Shown here piece after piece: positions 52,151 through 64,000 of a stretch of DNA of 64,000 nt. The position numbers and the translations under genes were made by a program. Below the pieces are notes generated by a model. The model was not told the DNA's origin and ran no database searches. It was given only the letters and a program-made list of their open reading frames with translations. Source of the DNA: Priapulus caudatus (Eukaryota); contig NW_014577081.1 of assembly GCF_000485595.1 (NCBI RefSeq), forward strand, positions 347,994-411,993, in the 5' to 3' direction. The first letter of the stretch is position 1. Each line of letters opens with the position of its first letter.

Positions 52151-53129
52151 GTAGGTGGCGCCATCTATACGGATATCTCATTGGGCAAGAGTGGGCTGTT
52201 GTCCCTGTTAGCAAACATACGACAAAGCGATTTTTCCACGGACAAGGTTGTAGGGTTAGACTGGTTACCTATCCTACTAAGTTCATGCCTATGCGATGAC
52301 ATTCAACATGTAAAGAAAATGATGAATTAGCATAAGGTGTATGGGATAAAACCATCCAATGGTTGTTGCTCAATCCAAGTTCCATTTCTGTCAAGCTAGT
52401 TGTTCTTAGAATGTTGCCAAATCCAATGCCATTGCCATCTTCAAAATCAACGGAGGCGAATGAAATCAGCTCTGCAGTGATGCTACGCACACCTTGCCCA
52501 TTGAGATTGTTTCTTGTTTCTCATTCTGACGCATTGCTTTCATATGTGACAAATTTCACGACATGTCGCAGCAACAAGCAGCTCACATTTCCTGCACAGA
52601 GCAGCACTAGCAAAGCATCAGCAGTCAGAAGTAGACAGTAGTAGTTTTTTTCAAGCAGGATAAGCTCAATGTAACTTGAACCTATCCATTTTTAAGGAGA
52701 ACAAACATTGTTGAATTACTAGTTTGAATTACTTGCAGCTGAGGAAAAGTGCACAGGGAAAGTATTTATGAGTGAAATCTGTTTAGACCCTTTTCAAAAT
52801 ATAATTACAGTATCAATATGATGCACATTGAATATATTTTACACATTGTGTACATTGTTCCTGTTGTCGTACACACGTGTATTCTATGGTTATACACAAC
52901 ACACTACACGAATACATACACGTGTGGATTGAAGTAGCAAGTTAGCACCATTCAACTCACTACTAACACAACTCATTCATTAAACTCGTTTCTTTCTGCA
53001 CCATGATATTCACCTAACTTCCATTATCAAATCTAGAGTCCGGTTCTTAACACCATAATTCTGCATTCCTGCGTAACTACATTATGTCTTGTGTTTCTAT
53101 GTGTCATTCTGCTTCGTTGTGTGTGTGTG

Positions 53130-53173
<44 letters not shown>

Positions 53174-54119
53174 TGTGTGTGTACGGCCGGTTACGTGTGA
53201 ACTTTGTCAACATTTTTTTTTTCAGGTTTTTGTGTCTTGTAATACAATCTATCGGTAGTCTCTACACATGTTTTCTGTCCTTGTTTCATTTAAATCTCCT
53301 CCTCTCTCCCTCTCTCTCGTTTTCTTTCTCTCTCGCTCGCTCTCTGACCGTCGCTCTCTCTCTCTCTTTCTCTTTCTCTCTCTGTATTTCTCTGTCATTC
53401 TCTCTCTCTTTCTCGTACTCTCTCACAATCTGTCGTTTCTATTTATTGCTTATCGGTATGGAGAACATAGTACCGCTATTTGCTTCATTGTTTACTCATA
53501 TACTTCTACTTGCTGCAGTTATCTCTCTTGACGTTTGTCGTTACTAATACAAACCTTTTTTATTATCAAAAGTGTGTACAAACATAACCATTCGGGTTGC
53601 AACTACTTAAGAAGTCTCTGGGCGTACATCTGTTGAGTGTTTTTGAATTGTTACTGCCCAACAATGTTTATCTCATCTGCTCTGATTTATCTACCTGCTG
53701 TGACCTTAATAGAAACTAGATTTATATCTGTGAGCATTCATAAACACCTTTGTATAGAATGTTAACTTGTCCGTTGTCTGGGCAGTGGTGTGTTAAACAA
53801 AGAGATTAGCCAGCCGTCACTGTTATTAAAGAATAAGAGGGCCAGCCTTGCATTTCGTATACGAATGTTAGGCTTATACCGATGCAGCGCAAAATGGGGT
53901 TTAAGTAAGCGAACAATTGTACATTGCAGCGCGTTTACGTCGGCTGATGTTTGGTTGTCTCATTTACACAGTGTTGCCAGTACCGATATCAGAAGTCCCT
54001 TTCAACACTCTGCTTCTTTGTGCAATAACCGTGATTGTCCATGATTTATTTTGGTGGTGTAAAATGGGCGGTTATGTTGCTTTGCTGCTGTACAGCTATT
54101 GTAGTGCTGTAGCTTCATG

Positions 54120-54197
54120 TATCGCTATCTATCAATCTATCTATCTATGTGTGTATGTATTTATCTATCTATGTGCATATCTATCTATCTATGTGCA

Positions 54198-54256
<59 letters not shown>

Positions 54257-54257
54257 T

Positions 54258-54288
<31 letters not shown>

Positions 54289-54350
54289 GTGTGTATGTGT
54301 GTATCTATCTATGTGCATATCTATCGATCTATCTATCTATCTATCTATCT
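54120..54350. repeat. (TATC)n microsatellite
   Basis: Direct inspection. Confidence 0.95.
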
Positions 54351-54809
54351 AACCAACTAACTACATACATGCATACATATAAGAATAGCCGTTCGTGTAT
54401 GTTAAATTGTTTATTTGTGATATTTATTGCTCGTTTTATTGAAACATGTTTTGTGTACTATTCATGAATGCATGTTTATATCTAGGTTTATCGATCTAAT
54501 CCTAATAGCGTTTCATTTCGTAGCATATTACGCAAGTATGAGAGTGAGGTTGTGCATATGTTTGTTGCGTAATACCGTTGAACCCCATTTTTAATTTAAT
54601 TAGGCCAACTGCATTCAATTTTCCTGCATGCACCCGTGCGCGTATGTATCGCGTGTGTGCTGTGTGTGTGTGTGTGTGTGTGTGCGTGTGCGTGTGCGTG
54701 TGCGTGTGCGTGTGCGTGTGCGTGTGCGTGTGCGTGTGCGTGTGTGTGTGTGTGCGTGCGTGCGTCTGTCTGCGAGTGCGCGCATGCGTGTGTGTGTGTA
54801 TGTGCGTGT

Positions 54810-54848
<39 letters not shown>

Positions 54849-55099
54849 CGTGCGTGTGTGAGTGTGCGTGCGTGCGTGCGTGCGTACGTGTGTCTGTCTG
54901 CGAGTTGCCGCATGGCGTGTGTGGTGTGTGGCATGTGTGTGTGGTGTGTGGTGTGTTGTGGTGTGCTGGTGGTTTGTGCTGTGTGTGTGTGTGTTGTTGG
55001 GTGTGTGTGGGTGTGTGGCTGTGTGTGTCGTGTTGTGTGTGTTTGCGTGAGCAACTATGCGACTTGTGGCGCGATGCGTCTGTTGTAAAGTGCGCGTGC

Positions 55100-58000
55100 C
55101 AGTGGGTGTCTTGGGATATAGGGTGGTACGCGTCAGTGGTGCTAGTGAAGTGTTTTGGAGTATTAGGTGTGTACGTGCGTGGTGCAGGTATGTGGTTTAG
55201 GTGTTACGTGCGGGTCTAGTGATGTTAGGGGTACGGTGTGTAGTGGCGTGGTGCTAGTGTGTTTGGTGTAGGTGCGAAGCGCGTGTGGCCACGTAGTTTT
55301 GGGTAAGTGCGTACCCGCGGTGCGTCTCAGTGAGTTTTGGTATAAGGTGTGACGTGCGTGTGCAGTGAATGTTGGGTGAGATTGGTACGTGCGTGGTGCT
55401 AAGGTGATGTTATGGGTGAGGTGCGACGCGCCGTGTGCTAGGAGTTTGGGTAATAGGGCGGACGCGCGTAGTGCAGGAGTGTTGGTAAGGTGCGGACGTG
55501 CGTGGTGCTTAGTGAGTGTTTTGGGTGTATGCGGACGCCGTGTGCTATGAGTGTTTGGTAGTGTGTAGATGCGTGGCTAAGTGATTGTTGGGTTAGGGGT
55601 AAACGTCGTGTGCTATCAGTGTTGGTAGTGTGTACGTGCGTGTGCTAGTGAAGTGTTTGTTGTAGGTTTGTGTAATGCGTGTGAGCTAGTGAGTGGTTGG
55701 GTGTAAGTGTGTACGTGCGGGTGCATAGTTAGTGTTTAGGGTGTAGGTGGTGTACGTGCGTGTGCTAGGGAGATGTTTGGGAGTGCGGACGCCGCGTGTG
55801 CTATAGTGAGTGTTTGGGTGAGTGCGGACCAGCGCGTGGTGCTATAGTGAGTGTTACGTTGTAAGGTGTAACGTGCTGTGCTAGTGAGTGTTTGGTGTGA
55901 GTCGGACCGCGCGTGGTGCATAGTGAGTGTGGTTGGTGTACGTGGTGTGCTAGTCGAGTGTTGGTGTAGGTTACAGTGGCTGGTGCTAGTAGTGATTGGT
56001 GTAGGTGCGAGACGCGCGTGGTGCTAATGAGTTTGGTATGGTGTGTAACGTGCGTCGGTCGGCAGTGATGTGGGTGTAGGTCCGGAAGCGCGTGCTGCTA
56101 TATTGAAGTGTTGGTGTAGGTGTGTACGTGCGGTGCTAGTGAGTGTTTGGGTTAGGTGATGTACGGCGGGGCAGTGAATGTTTGGGGTGATAGGTTGTAC
56201 TCGTGGTGCTAGTGAGGTTGGTAAGCGACGTGCGTGTGCTAGTGAGTGTTCTGGTTAGTGCGTGACGTGCGTGTGCCTAGTGAGTGTTGGGTGTAGTGCG
56301 GACGCGCGTGGGCTAGTGATGTTGGGTGTACGTGGCGACGCGACGTGTGCTAATGGTGTTTGTTAGTGTGTACGTGCGGTGCTAGTGAGTGTTTGGTGTA
56401 GTGCTGTAACGTGCGTGGATGAGTAGTGTTGGTTAGGTTGTACGGCTGCGGGTGGCTAGTGATGTTGGGTAGGTGTACGTGCAGTGTGCTAGTGAGTGTT
56501 TGAGTTATACGGTCCGAGTGCGTTGGTGCAAGGGAGTGTTTGGGTAGGGCGGACGTCGTGTGCTAGTGATGTCGGTTATAGTCGCGACGCGCAGTGGTGC
56601 TAAGTTGATGTTTGGAGTGTAGTGACGTGGCGTGGTGGCTAGTGAGTTGTGGTAGGTGTGTTACTGCGTGTGTGCTATGAGATGTTTGGGTGCTAGGTGT
56701 GAGTGCGTGGTGGCAGTGCGGTTTGGGTGTAGTGTGTACGTGCGGGTGCAGTGAGTTTTGGGTGTGGTGTGTACGTGCGTGTGCTAGTGAGTTGTTTGGG
56801 CTTATGTGTATACTGCGTGGTGCTACGGAGTGTTTGATGTAGTGCGGACGCGAGCCGTGGTGCAGGAGTGTGTGGTGAGTGTGCTTGATATCGTGCGAGG
56901 TTAAGGATGTGTTGGGTGTAAGGTGTGTACGTGCGTGGTGCTAGTGAGTGTTGGGCGTGTAAGGTGTGTACGCGCGTGTGCAGTGAGTGTTTGGGTAAGG
57001 TGTGTTACGTGCGTGTGCTAGTGAGATGTTTGGGTAGGTGTGTACTCGTTTGTGCTAGTGAGTGTTTGGGTGAGGGCGGACAGTGCGGGTGCTAGTGAGT
57101 GTTTGTTTGTGGTGTGTACGTGCGTGGTGCTAGTGAGTTCTCTTGGTGAGGTGTGTACGTGCGGGTGCTAGGTGATGTTTGGGTGTAGTTGTGTACGCTG
57201 CGTGGTGCATGAGTGTTCTGGGTTACGGTCGGACGCGCGGGTGCTATAGACTGAGTGTATTGGGTTAGATGTGTATATGCGTGTCAGGAGTGTCTTGGTG
57301 TAGGTGTGTACGGGCGTGGCAGTGAGGTTTGGGTGTAAGGTGTGTACCGCGCCGTGTGCCTAGAGTGTTTGGCTTAGGTTGTACGTGCGTGGTGCTAGGA
57401 GATGTTCTGGGTGTAGGGCGTGACGCGCCTGTCTATGTGGTGTTTGGTGTATGGTCGGACGTGCGTGATGCTAGTGATGTTGGGTAAGGTGGTACGTGCG
57501 TGGTGCCTAGTTGAGTGTTTGGTCGTGTAGTGTGTAGCCGCGGTGCTAGTGAGTTGGATGTGTGTACGTGCGTGGGATCGCTAGTGAGTGTTTGGGTGAG
57601 GTTGTCCGTGCTGGGCTAGTGAGTGTTGGCGGTAAGGTGTGAACGATGCTGGTGCAGTGATGTTTGGTTAGTGCGGACCAGCGTGGTGCTAGTATTTTGG
57701 GTGAGTTTGTACGTGCGTGTGCTGTAGTGAGTGTTGGGTGTAGTTGACGCGCGGTGCTATGAGTTTTGGCGTGTAGTGTGTACTGCTGGTGCTAGTGAGT
57801 GTTTGGGTATAGGTGCGGACGCCGCAGTGTGTCTAGTGAGTGTTGGGTATTGTGCGAACGCGCGTGGTGCTATAGGGATGTTGGGCTGTAGTGTGTTACT
57901 GTGCTGTGCTAGTGAGTGTTGGCCAGAAAAAAAAAAAAAAAAATAAAAAAAATATAGTGCGGACGCCGTGGTGCTATACGTGAGTGTTTGGGTTGGTGTG

Positions 58001-59650
58001 GTACTGCGTGTGCTAGTGAGTGTTTGGGTCAAGGTGCGGACGCGACGTGTGCCTAGAGAGTGTTTAGTATAGGTGTTACCGCTGCGTGGTTGCTAGTGAG
58101 GTTTCGGGTGTAGGTGTGTACCGTGCGTGCTGGCAGTGAGTGTTTGGGTGTAGTGGCTGCCGGCGCGTGTGCTTATAGTAATGGGCGTGTAGGTGTGTAA
58201 CGTGCGTGGGCTAAGTGATGTTTTGGGGTGTAAGCGTTGTTAACCGTGCGTGGGCTGTGAGTGTTGGGTGATGGTGTTACCGCGCGTGGTGCTAGTGAGT
58301 GTGGTAAGTGCGGACGCGCGTGGGCTAGTGAGTGTTGGGTGTAGGTGTGACGGCGCGTGGTGCTAGTGGAGTGTTGGGTAAGCGGGACGCGCGCTGGTCT
58401 AGTGTGTTTGGGTGTAGTGCGGACGCGTCGTGGGCAGATGAGCGTTAGGTGAGGTGCGGACCGCGTGGTGCACGTCGAGTGTTGGGGTAGGTGTTAAGTG
58501 CGTGGTGACTATAGTGAGGTTTGGGTGTAGTGTGACGTGCGTGGTGCTAGTGAGCGTATGGGTGTAGGTGTTACGCTGCGTGTGCTAGTGAGTTTGGGTT
58601 AAGTGTGTACTGCGTGTGCTAGTTGAGTGTTTGGGTTAGTTGAGTGAACCGCGCGTGTGCAGTGATTGTTTGGGTGTAGGTGCGAGACGCGCGGGTGCTA
58701 GTGATGCTTGCGTTAGTGTGTAACGCGTGTGACTCAGTATGTTGGTGAGGTGCGGACAGGCGTGTCAGCTGAAGGTTTAGGTGTAGGCGTGCGGACGCCG
58801 CAGTTGGTGCTAATGAGTGTTTGGGTGTAGGGTACAGTGCGTGGTGCTAGTAGTGCGGCGTGTAGGTGACGTGCTGTGCTAGTGAAATGTTGGGTAGGTG
58901 TGTACAGTGCGTGTGCCAGTGATGTTTGAGGTGTAAGTGTGTACAGTGCGTGTGCTAGTGATTTTGGTGTATGTGTACGGTGCGGGTGCTAGGAGGTGGA
59001 GTGAGGTGTTACGTGCGTGGTGCTAGTGATGTTTGGGTGTAGGTCGGACCGCGCGTGTGCAGTGATGTTCTGTGTAAGGTCGGACAAGCGCCGTGTGCAT
59101 ATAGTGTTGGGTGGATGGTACGGCTGGTGCTACGTGAGGTTGGGTGTAGGTGCGTACGCGCGTGGTGCTAGTGAGTGTTTGGGTATAGGTGTGTACGTGC
59201 GTGGTGCTAGTGAGTGTTTGGGTGTAGGTGTGTACGTGCGTGGTGCTAGTGAGTGTTTGGGTGTAGTCGGAGCGCGTGGTGCTAGTGAGTGTTGGGGTCG
59301 GTGCAGACGCGCGTGCTGCTAGTGAGTGTTTGGGTGTAGGTGTGTACGCCGTGTCTAGATGTTTGGGTTTAGGCGGACGCGGCGTGTGTCAGTCGATGTA
59401 TTGGGTGTGTGTGCGACGGACGCGTGGTGCTATAAGTGAGTGTGGGTTAGGGTGTACGTGGGTGCTAGTGAGTGTTTGGGTGAGTTGTATGCTGTGTGGC
59501 TAGATGAGTGTTTGGTGTAGGGTGTACGGCGTGGTGCTATGGTCGATGGGTGAGGTGTTACTGCGTGTGACATGAGTGTTGTGTAGGTGCGGACGCGCGT
59601 GGTGCTAGTGAGTGTTTGGGTATAGGTGCGGACGCGCGTGTTTGGGTGCT
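55100..59650. repeat. 39-bp satellite array (about 4.5 kb, noisy) in the last intron
   Basis: Unit ggtgctagtgagtgtttgggtgtaggtg(tgtacgt/cggacgc)gcgt; clean copies at 59150-59260. Confidence 0.93.
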
Positions 59651-60383
59651 CGGCTGGTGCATGCGTGCGGGTGCGTGCATGTGTGCGTATGTGCGTTTGT
59701 ACGATAGGCATGGTAGGATATGCGTCGGTACCCTAGTTTGTGTGTTCTGCCTGCGTGCGGGTGTTTGCCTACGTAGCTGCGTACCTCATGCATGCACAGT
59801 GTGCCTGAGTGCGCCTGCGCAGTCGTCTGTTTGCGTGCCTACGTGAGCCTGGGTGGGCGCGTGTGTAGGCGTCTGCTTTTCTGCTTTCGCGCAGCTAACC
59901 AGCTATACGTGCTAAACCAGCTATACGTGCGTGTACGGCGTGCGTGTGCACGCGCACCTACCCGCGCGCCTGCGTGGGCGCGCGTACAGGCGGGGATATG
60001 CTGCCTCCGCATTTACCTATCTGCTGACCATCCATAGGCCGGGCGTTCGCCTGCGTACCTACCTGTCTTTATGCTCACGGGCTGTGCGTGCATCTGCCCG
60101 TCTGCTACGTGCGCGAATATGGACCTGATCAGGCATGCGTGCACTTGCACGCGCCTCCCTGACCACCCACGGACACGTGCGCGTGCGTGCGCGTGCCCAC
60201 ACGCCTACCCGCCTACGCGCGCGCATTCCCGCGTGCCCGTCCGCCAACCTACGTACGCACGTGCGTGCACGTTCCTGCATCTGTGTGCGTGCGTGCGTCC
60301 GTCGTGCCTTGGAAGCCTGTGTCCGTCATCCTCTCTCCCAACATCCAGCGCTCAGCGCTCACTCGCTGTTTCTTGCTCCGCAG

Positions 60384-60803
60384 CTGCGCGTCGTGCGAGC
60401 ATTCCGAAGCACGCTAGAGGAGGTCGAGGACGGCCGCTCCATCCACAGTCTACACTCCATGCACTCCCTGCGCTCATCCCGCTCACATCACCGCCCCCTC
60501 TCTGAGATTCAATTCATCGACGACCCCCTGAAGTCCCCCACGGACTCGTACGAGATTCCATACACCGCGATGGCACCACGGGACAAGTACGAAATACCGT
60601 ACGAGATATTACCCGATGCCGAGGTGGTCAACACGGCCGAGATGGTCCCGCTGATGGATAGCAAGCAGAATGGGTTCAGCACCAACCCGGGCTCGAACCA
60701 CGACGGCGGCAATGGCTCCAACCCCGGTGTGAACAACCACGGGGCCAGCACTCTCAGCAGTCCCAATTCCATAAGTACGTCAATCCGTGAGAGTAATGTT
60801 TAA
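60384..60803 (+). CDS. PMCA: PMCA terminal exon R (b-type tail, LRVVRAFRSTLE...RESNV*)
   Basis: Pyrimidine tract plus ccgcag acceptor; completes the CaM-binding domain; class I PDZ-type ending; TAA stop. Confidence 0.93.
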   Translation: MRVVRAFRSTLEEVEDGRSIHSLHSMHSLRSSRSHHRPLSEIQFIDDPLKSPTDSYEIPYTAMAPRDKYEIPYEILPDAEVVNTAEMVPLMDSKQNGFSTNPGSNHDGGNGSNPGVNNHGASTLSSPNSISTSIRESNV

Positions 60804-61339
60804 TCGAGGGCAATGCGGCGGTCTCTCGCTACCGGCGGACGCGCGCTACCTTCCTCCTGCCTCTGCCTCTCTCTGACTCTCTCTTTCTCTCTCTCCGTCT
60901 CTCGCTCTCTCGATCTCTCGTTTCCTCTTTCCCGGAGATGGCACAGGGCAACTGCGACAGCGATTAAAAAAACACCCGACCCTCGTGGGAACAACAGGGT
61001 ACTAACACTCTATGTTGTTACGGTGTTGAATCGTGTTAACCTCGTGTGTTAGTGAATGAATGCTAACAGTAGACTTAACATAAAAGCATCCGAGGTTTTA
61101 TTATAGGCTGTCTGTAGTAACACCTATGTGCTTATATAGCTAGCAGTTTCTAGTCCTGTGCGCCACCCAGGCACGCCTGTCAGCCCGCTGTGATCCACGG
61201 TGGGCTAGCCTTGGCTGTTAACTGTTGGCACTACCATGGTGCTCGTATTTCTACGGTGTTGTTTGAAAGGTGGGTGAGTATGTTGAAAAGCAGAGACAGT
61301 GAGATGGCTTATAATATCAGCGTGGCCATCTAGCTGTGC

Positions 61340-61345
61340 AATAAA
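61340..61345 (+). promoter_or_regulatory. Candidate polyadenylation signal AATAAA (a second candidate at 61862-61867)
   Basis: Canonical hexamer about 540 nt after the stop, with T/GT-rich sequence downstream. Confidence 0.3.
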
Positions 61346-63109
61346 ACGCTATGTACATTGTGTACTAGAGGGAAACCTTCCCATGTTTTTTAGATATATA
61401 GTTGAACCCTTAGCTGCTGTTTATTTTGTTGACGATATCGTTGTCTGTTCATCTCTCAATACGTGCTGCAGCCAAATGATGCTGTGCAGTGACTTGTGCT
61501 GTGTGTTCTATCTCACGCTGACGCTCCGTAAATGTTCTGGAACTGTTAGGCATGCGTGTAGAACGAACTCAGCAGAGTCGCGCTCCCGTAATAGTTCTAT
61601 GGAGGCGGGTCACTCCACACCAGCGTGCAGCGAGCGCGTTTAGAAAGCTGGCAATCACCGTAAACTAATAATTGCCACCCCAGAACCGATCATCACTGCC
61701 ACACCTGATGCTGCAGAAGACATAGTGGTCACGTAAACTCAACTTGACTACGTTTGATTTTACGAGGTGCGCCTCCCAATACAACAACAACTGGCTGTCT
61801 AACGATGCTCGTGGTCTGAAAAGTAATACGAGTTCTTGCGTGTGAAATGTGTTGGAGGGAAAATAAAATGTGATGTGAAAATGTTAAGTAGCCTTAGAAA
61901 AACACCATTGAGCTAGTTGTTTTACCTGGAACAAAAATTCATGGCCGGTTGCATCTCCCCTCAGGGGCAACATCGGGCTAGTTTTTTTTATTCCTATATA
62001 ACTCAGGGTAGAGATATCCTAGATCACTAGATGTGAAGTAAGTGGTAGCAGACATTATAAAGGAAATTACTTAAAGAAACGTCGGGTTTGTTACTACTAA
62101 ACGGCTTTGCGGTGGTACACAACCATGATATGTGAGTAAGGTGGTTATGAAATTCGGCCAAATTTGAATTACCAAAGTCAGCATACAGCGAAATTTAAGG
62201 TTATGTGTCTAATGCAATCAAAACATCTTGCTGCTGCTGCTGTAGATGTAAGTAGATGGTACAAGGTAGCAAAGCACGGTTCGGCTGTATCGGTTATTTG
62301 TCACGGGTGGTACTCGCACCCGTTGGGCTGTCTGTGGGTATAGCGCTATGGATTCATAGGAAGGAGTATTCGTATGTGACATAAGGCTACATTTTTTAAG
62401 TATCATAATGGGATATTGGCGAGTTTTCCTGGGTGGGACGCACCCATTTTTAGTAAAGCATCATTATGTCATATTGCCGAGTTTCCCTTCTAATCAGGAA
62501 ATGACTGACGGAAAACTAGACGGTGTCTATAACGTGCCGTGGATGATGGGGTGGGAACACACTATGCAGATCCACTCTCATATACCGGTCCAGGAAATTA
62601 TATAAATGACCATTCACTAAGTTTTCGGCTAGATGTAGATTTCATTTTAACCAGACCACATTTGCCGGCAATATTGCGCTCTAAGGCACGATAAAGCTGA
62701 GGACCTTCCCGCCCGATCCATCTAACACGCCAGCCAGACCTCGGTGCTTAGCAGTGACAGCCACCAGGGGGAGCCACGTGCTCCGTGCGTCGTCGTCGCG
62801 GTGCGTAATGTTCGTGTTTCTCGTTAAGGTGATTGGTGGCCAGCTTTCGGAGAGACTGATCGCTGTACCTTTCAGCAGGCGACCAACTGACCAGGCCGTA
62901 AGGCTCACTGTTTCCGTACTCTTGTAAAGCTAGTCGCCGCAAGTCATGTTAGTCGTGTGTTGCTTGGCTCGCTTCATTGCTGTTGATTTCACGGTCGCAG
63001 GCGGGACTGGTGCTGTGCCGAACACCAATAAACAGTAACCCACATGAGCCCAAACGTCAATGTATTTACGTTTGAGAATATTAAATGCGGAAGACGCATG
63101 TGGAGAGAA

Positions 63110-63490
63110 AAGAGCAGATGTAGAGAAAATGTATATGCGTATGTAAAGGAAAGGACATATATAAAACCTAAGACATATGAAAAGGAGAGGACACATATAA
63201 AACCTAAGACATATGATATGAAAAGGAGAGGGTATCTATAAAGGAGTTGACATATGTAGAGGAGAGGACATATTTAGAGGAGATGACATATGTAGAGAAG
63301 AGGACGTATGCAAAAGGGAGGGTATATATATATATAAAGGAGAGGACATAACTATAAAGGAGAGAACATGTGTAGAGGATAGGACGTATGTAAAGGGAAG
63401 GACGAATATTGGTCGCTACAATATAGAGGAAAGGACATATGTAAAGATGTGGACATATGTAGAGGAAAAGACACATGAGGACGTGTATAA
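63110..63490. repeat. Degenerate ~20-bp purine-rich repeat (agaggacatatgta)
   Basis: Recurring ggacatat motif. Confidence 0.75.
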
Positions 63491-64000
63491 GCGGTATATC
63501 TATAAATAAGATTACATATATCGAAGAATAGACTTTATATTGTTTACATTATTATTAATTTATACAATTGCAATTGCAATTGCTTGCAAATGTCACACGA
63601 ATTGATAATGGGGACTCCCGTATAAGGACATTCAAGGTCACTCACATATGCTGATGACATGTTTCCTATCTTGCGTTTATTGCCAGATATAGTCACGCGC
63701 TTAGTCCCCGTCGTGATAGAATAAATGTACATTGCGTGTGCGGTCGGTTAATACAATGTGATAATGATGAGATTGCCGACTCATGAATATGAGCGTGTGT
63801 TGAGAACAATTGTTACAGCGAACAAGCAAGAAAATGCGAATGTTGAATCCTAATCGGCATCGTGGTCCCGCCTGTTTATCTGAAATCTGCAGCATAGCAT
63901 TTTAGATTATATTCCGCCGTTCTAGGACTTCTTGGCAGTGTAAAGTTGTTGTAAGATACCGTGTCGTTCAGGTGTTTGTATTATCTTTAGTAAAGCTGTG

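Noticed and set aside
52363..52641. 92-aa ORF as a further site-C terminal exon
   Set aside because: Different frame from the read-through, no clear acceptor, no IRVV/LRVV-like start
60135..60383. N-terminal part of the 222-aa ORF
   Set aside because: Low-complexity intron sequence upstream of the ccgcag acceptor
63647..63658. YADD tetrapeptide suggesting reverse transcriptase
   Set aside because: Lies in a frame of about 32 codons bounded by stops, with no other RT motifs

Overview
Repeat-rich genomic DNA from an invertebrate animal, with N gaps and noisy stretches that look like gap-fill. Almost the whole window is one intron-rich + strand gene for a plasma-membrane Ca2+-ATPase (PMCA/ATP2B, P2B-type ATPase). 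I could splice 18 exons in frame (7346 to stop at 60803, about 3392 nt or 1130 codons); the N-terminal exons appear to lie upstream of the window. Six central exons occur twice (38499-43984 and 43995-~49440) on either side of a 10-N gap, and I saw only synonymous differences between them, so this is most likely two haplotypes assembled in tandem. Points of interest: candidate 42-nt and 33-nt cassette micro-exons at splice site A, a GC-AG intron, a read-through alternative C-terminus at site C, and local duplications of exon ends that create decoy splice sites. The introns hold several small DNA transposons: a 9-bp-TSD MITE family carrying telomeric TTAGGG repeats, a Harbinger derivative with a MADF exon, and a Helentron-type HINE. 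No RNA genes or CRISPR arrays were seen, and I found no convincing evidence of a wholly new biological system.
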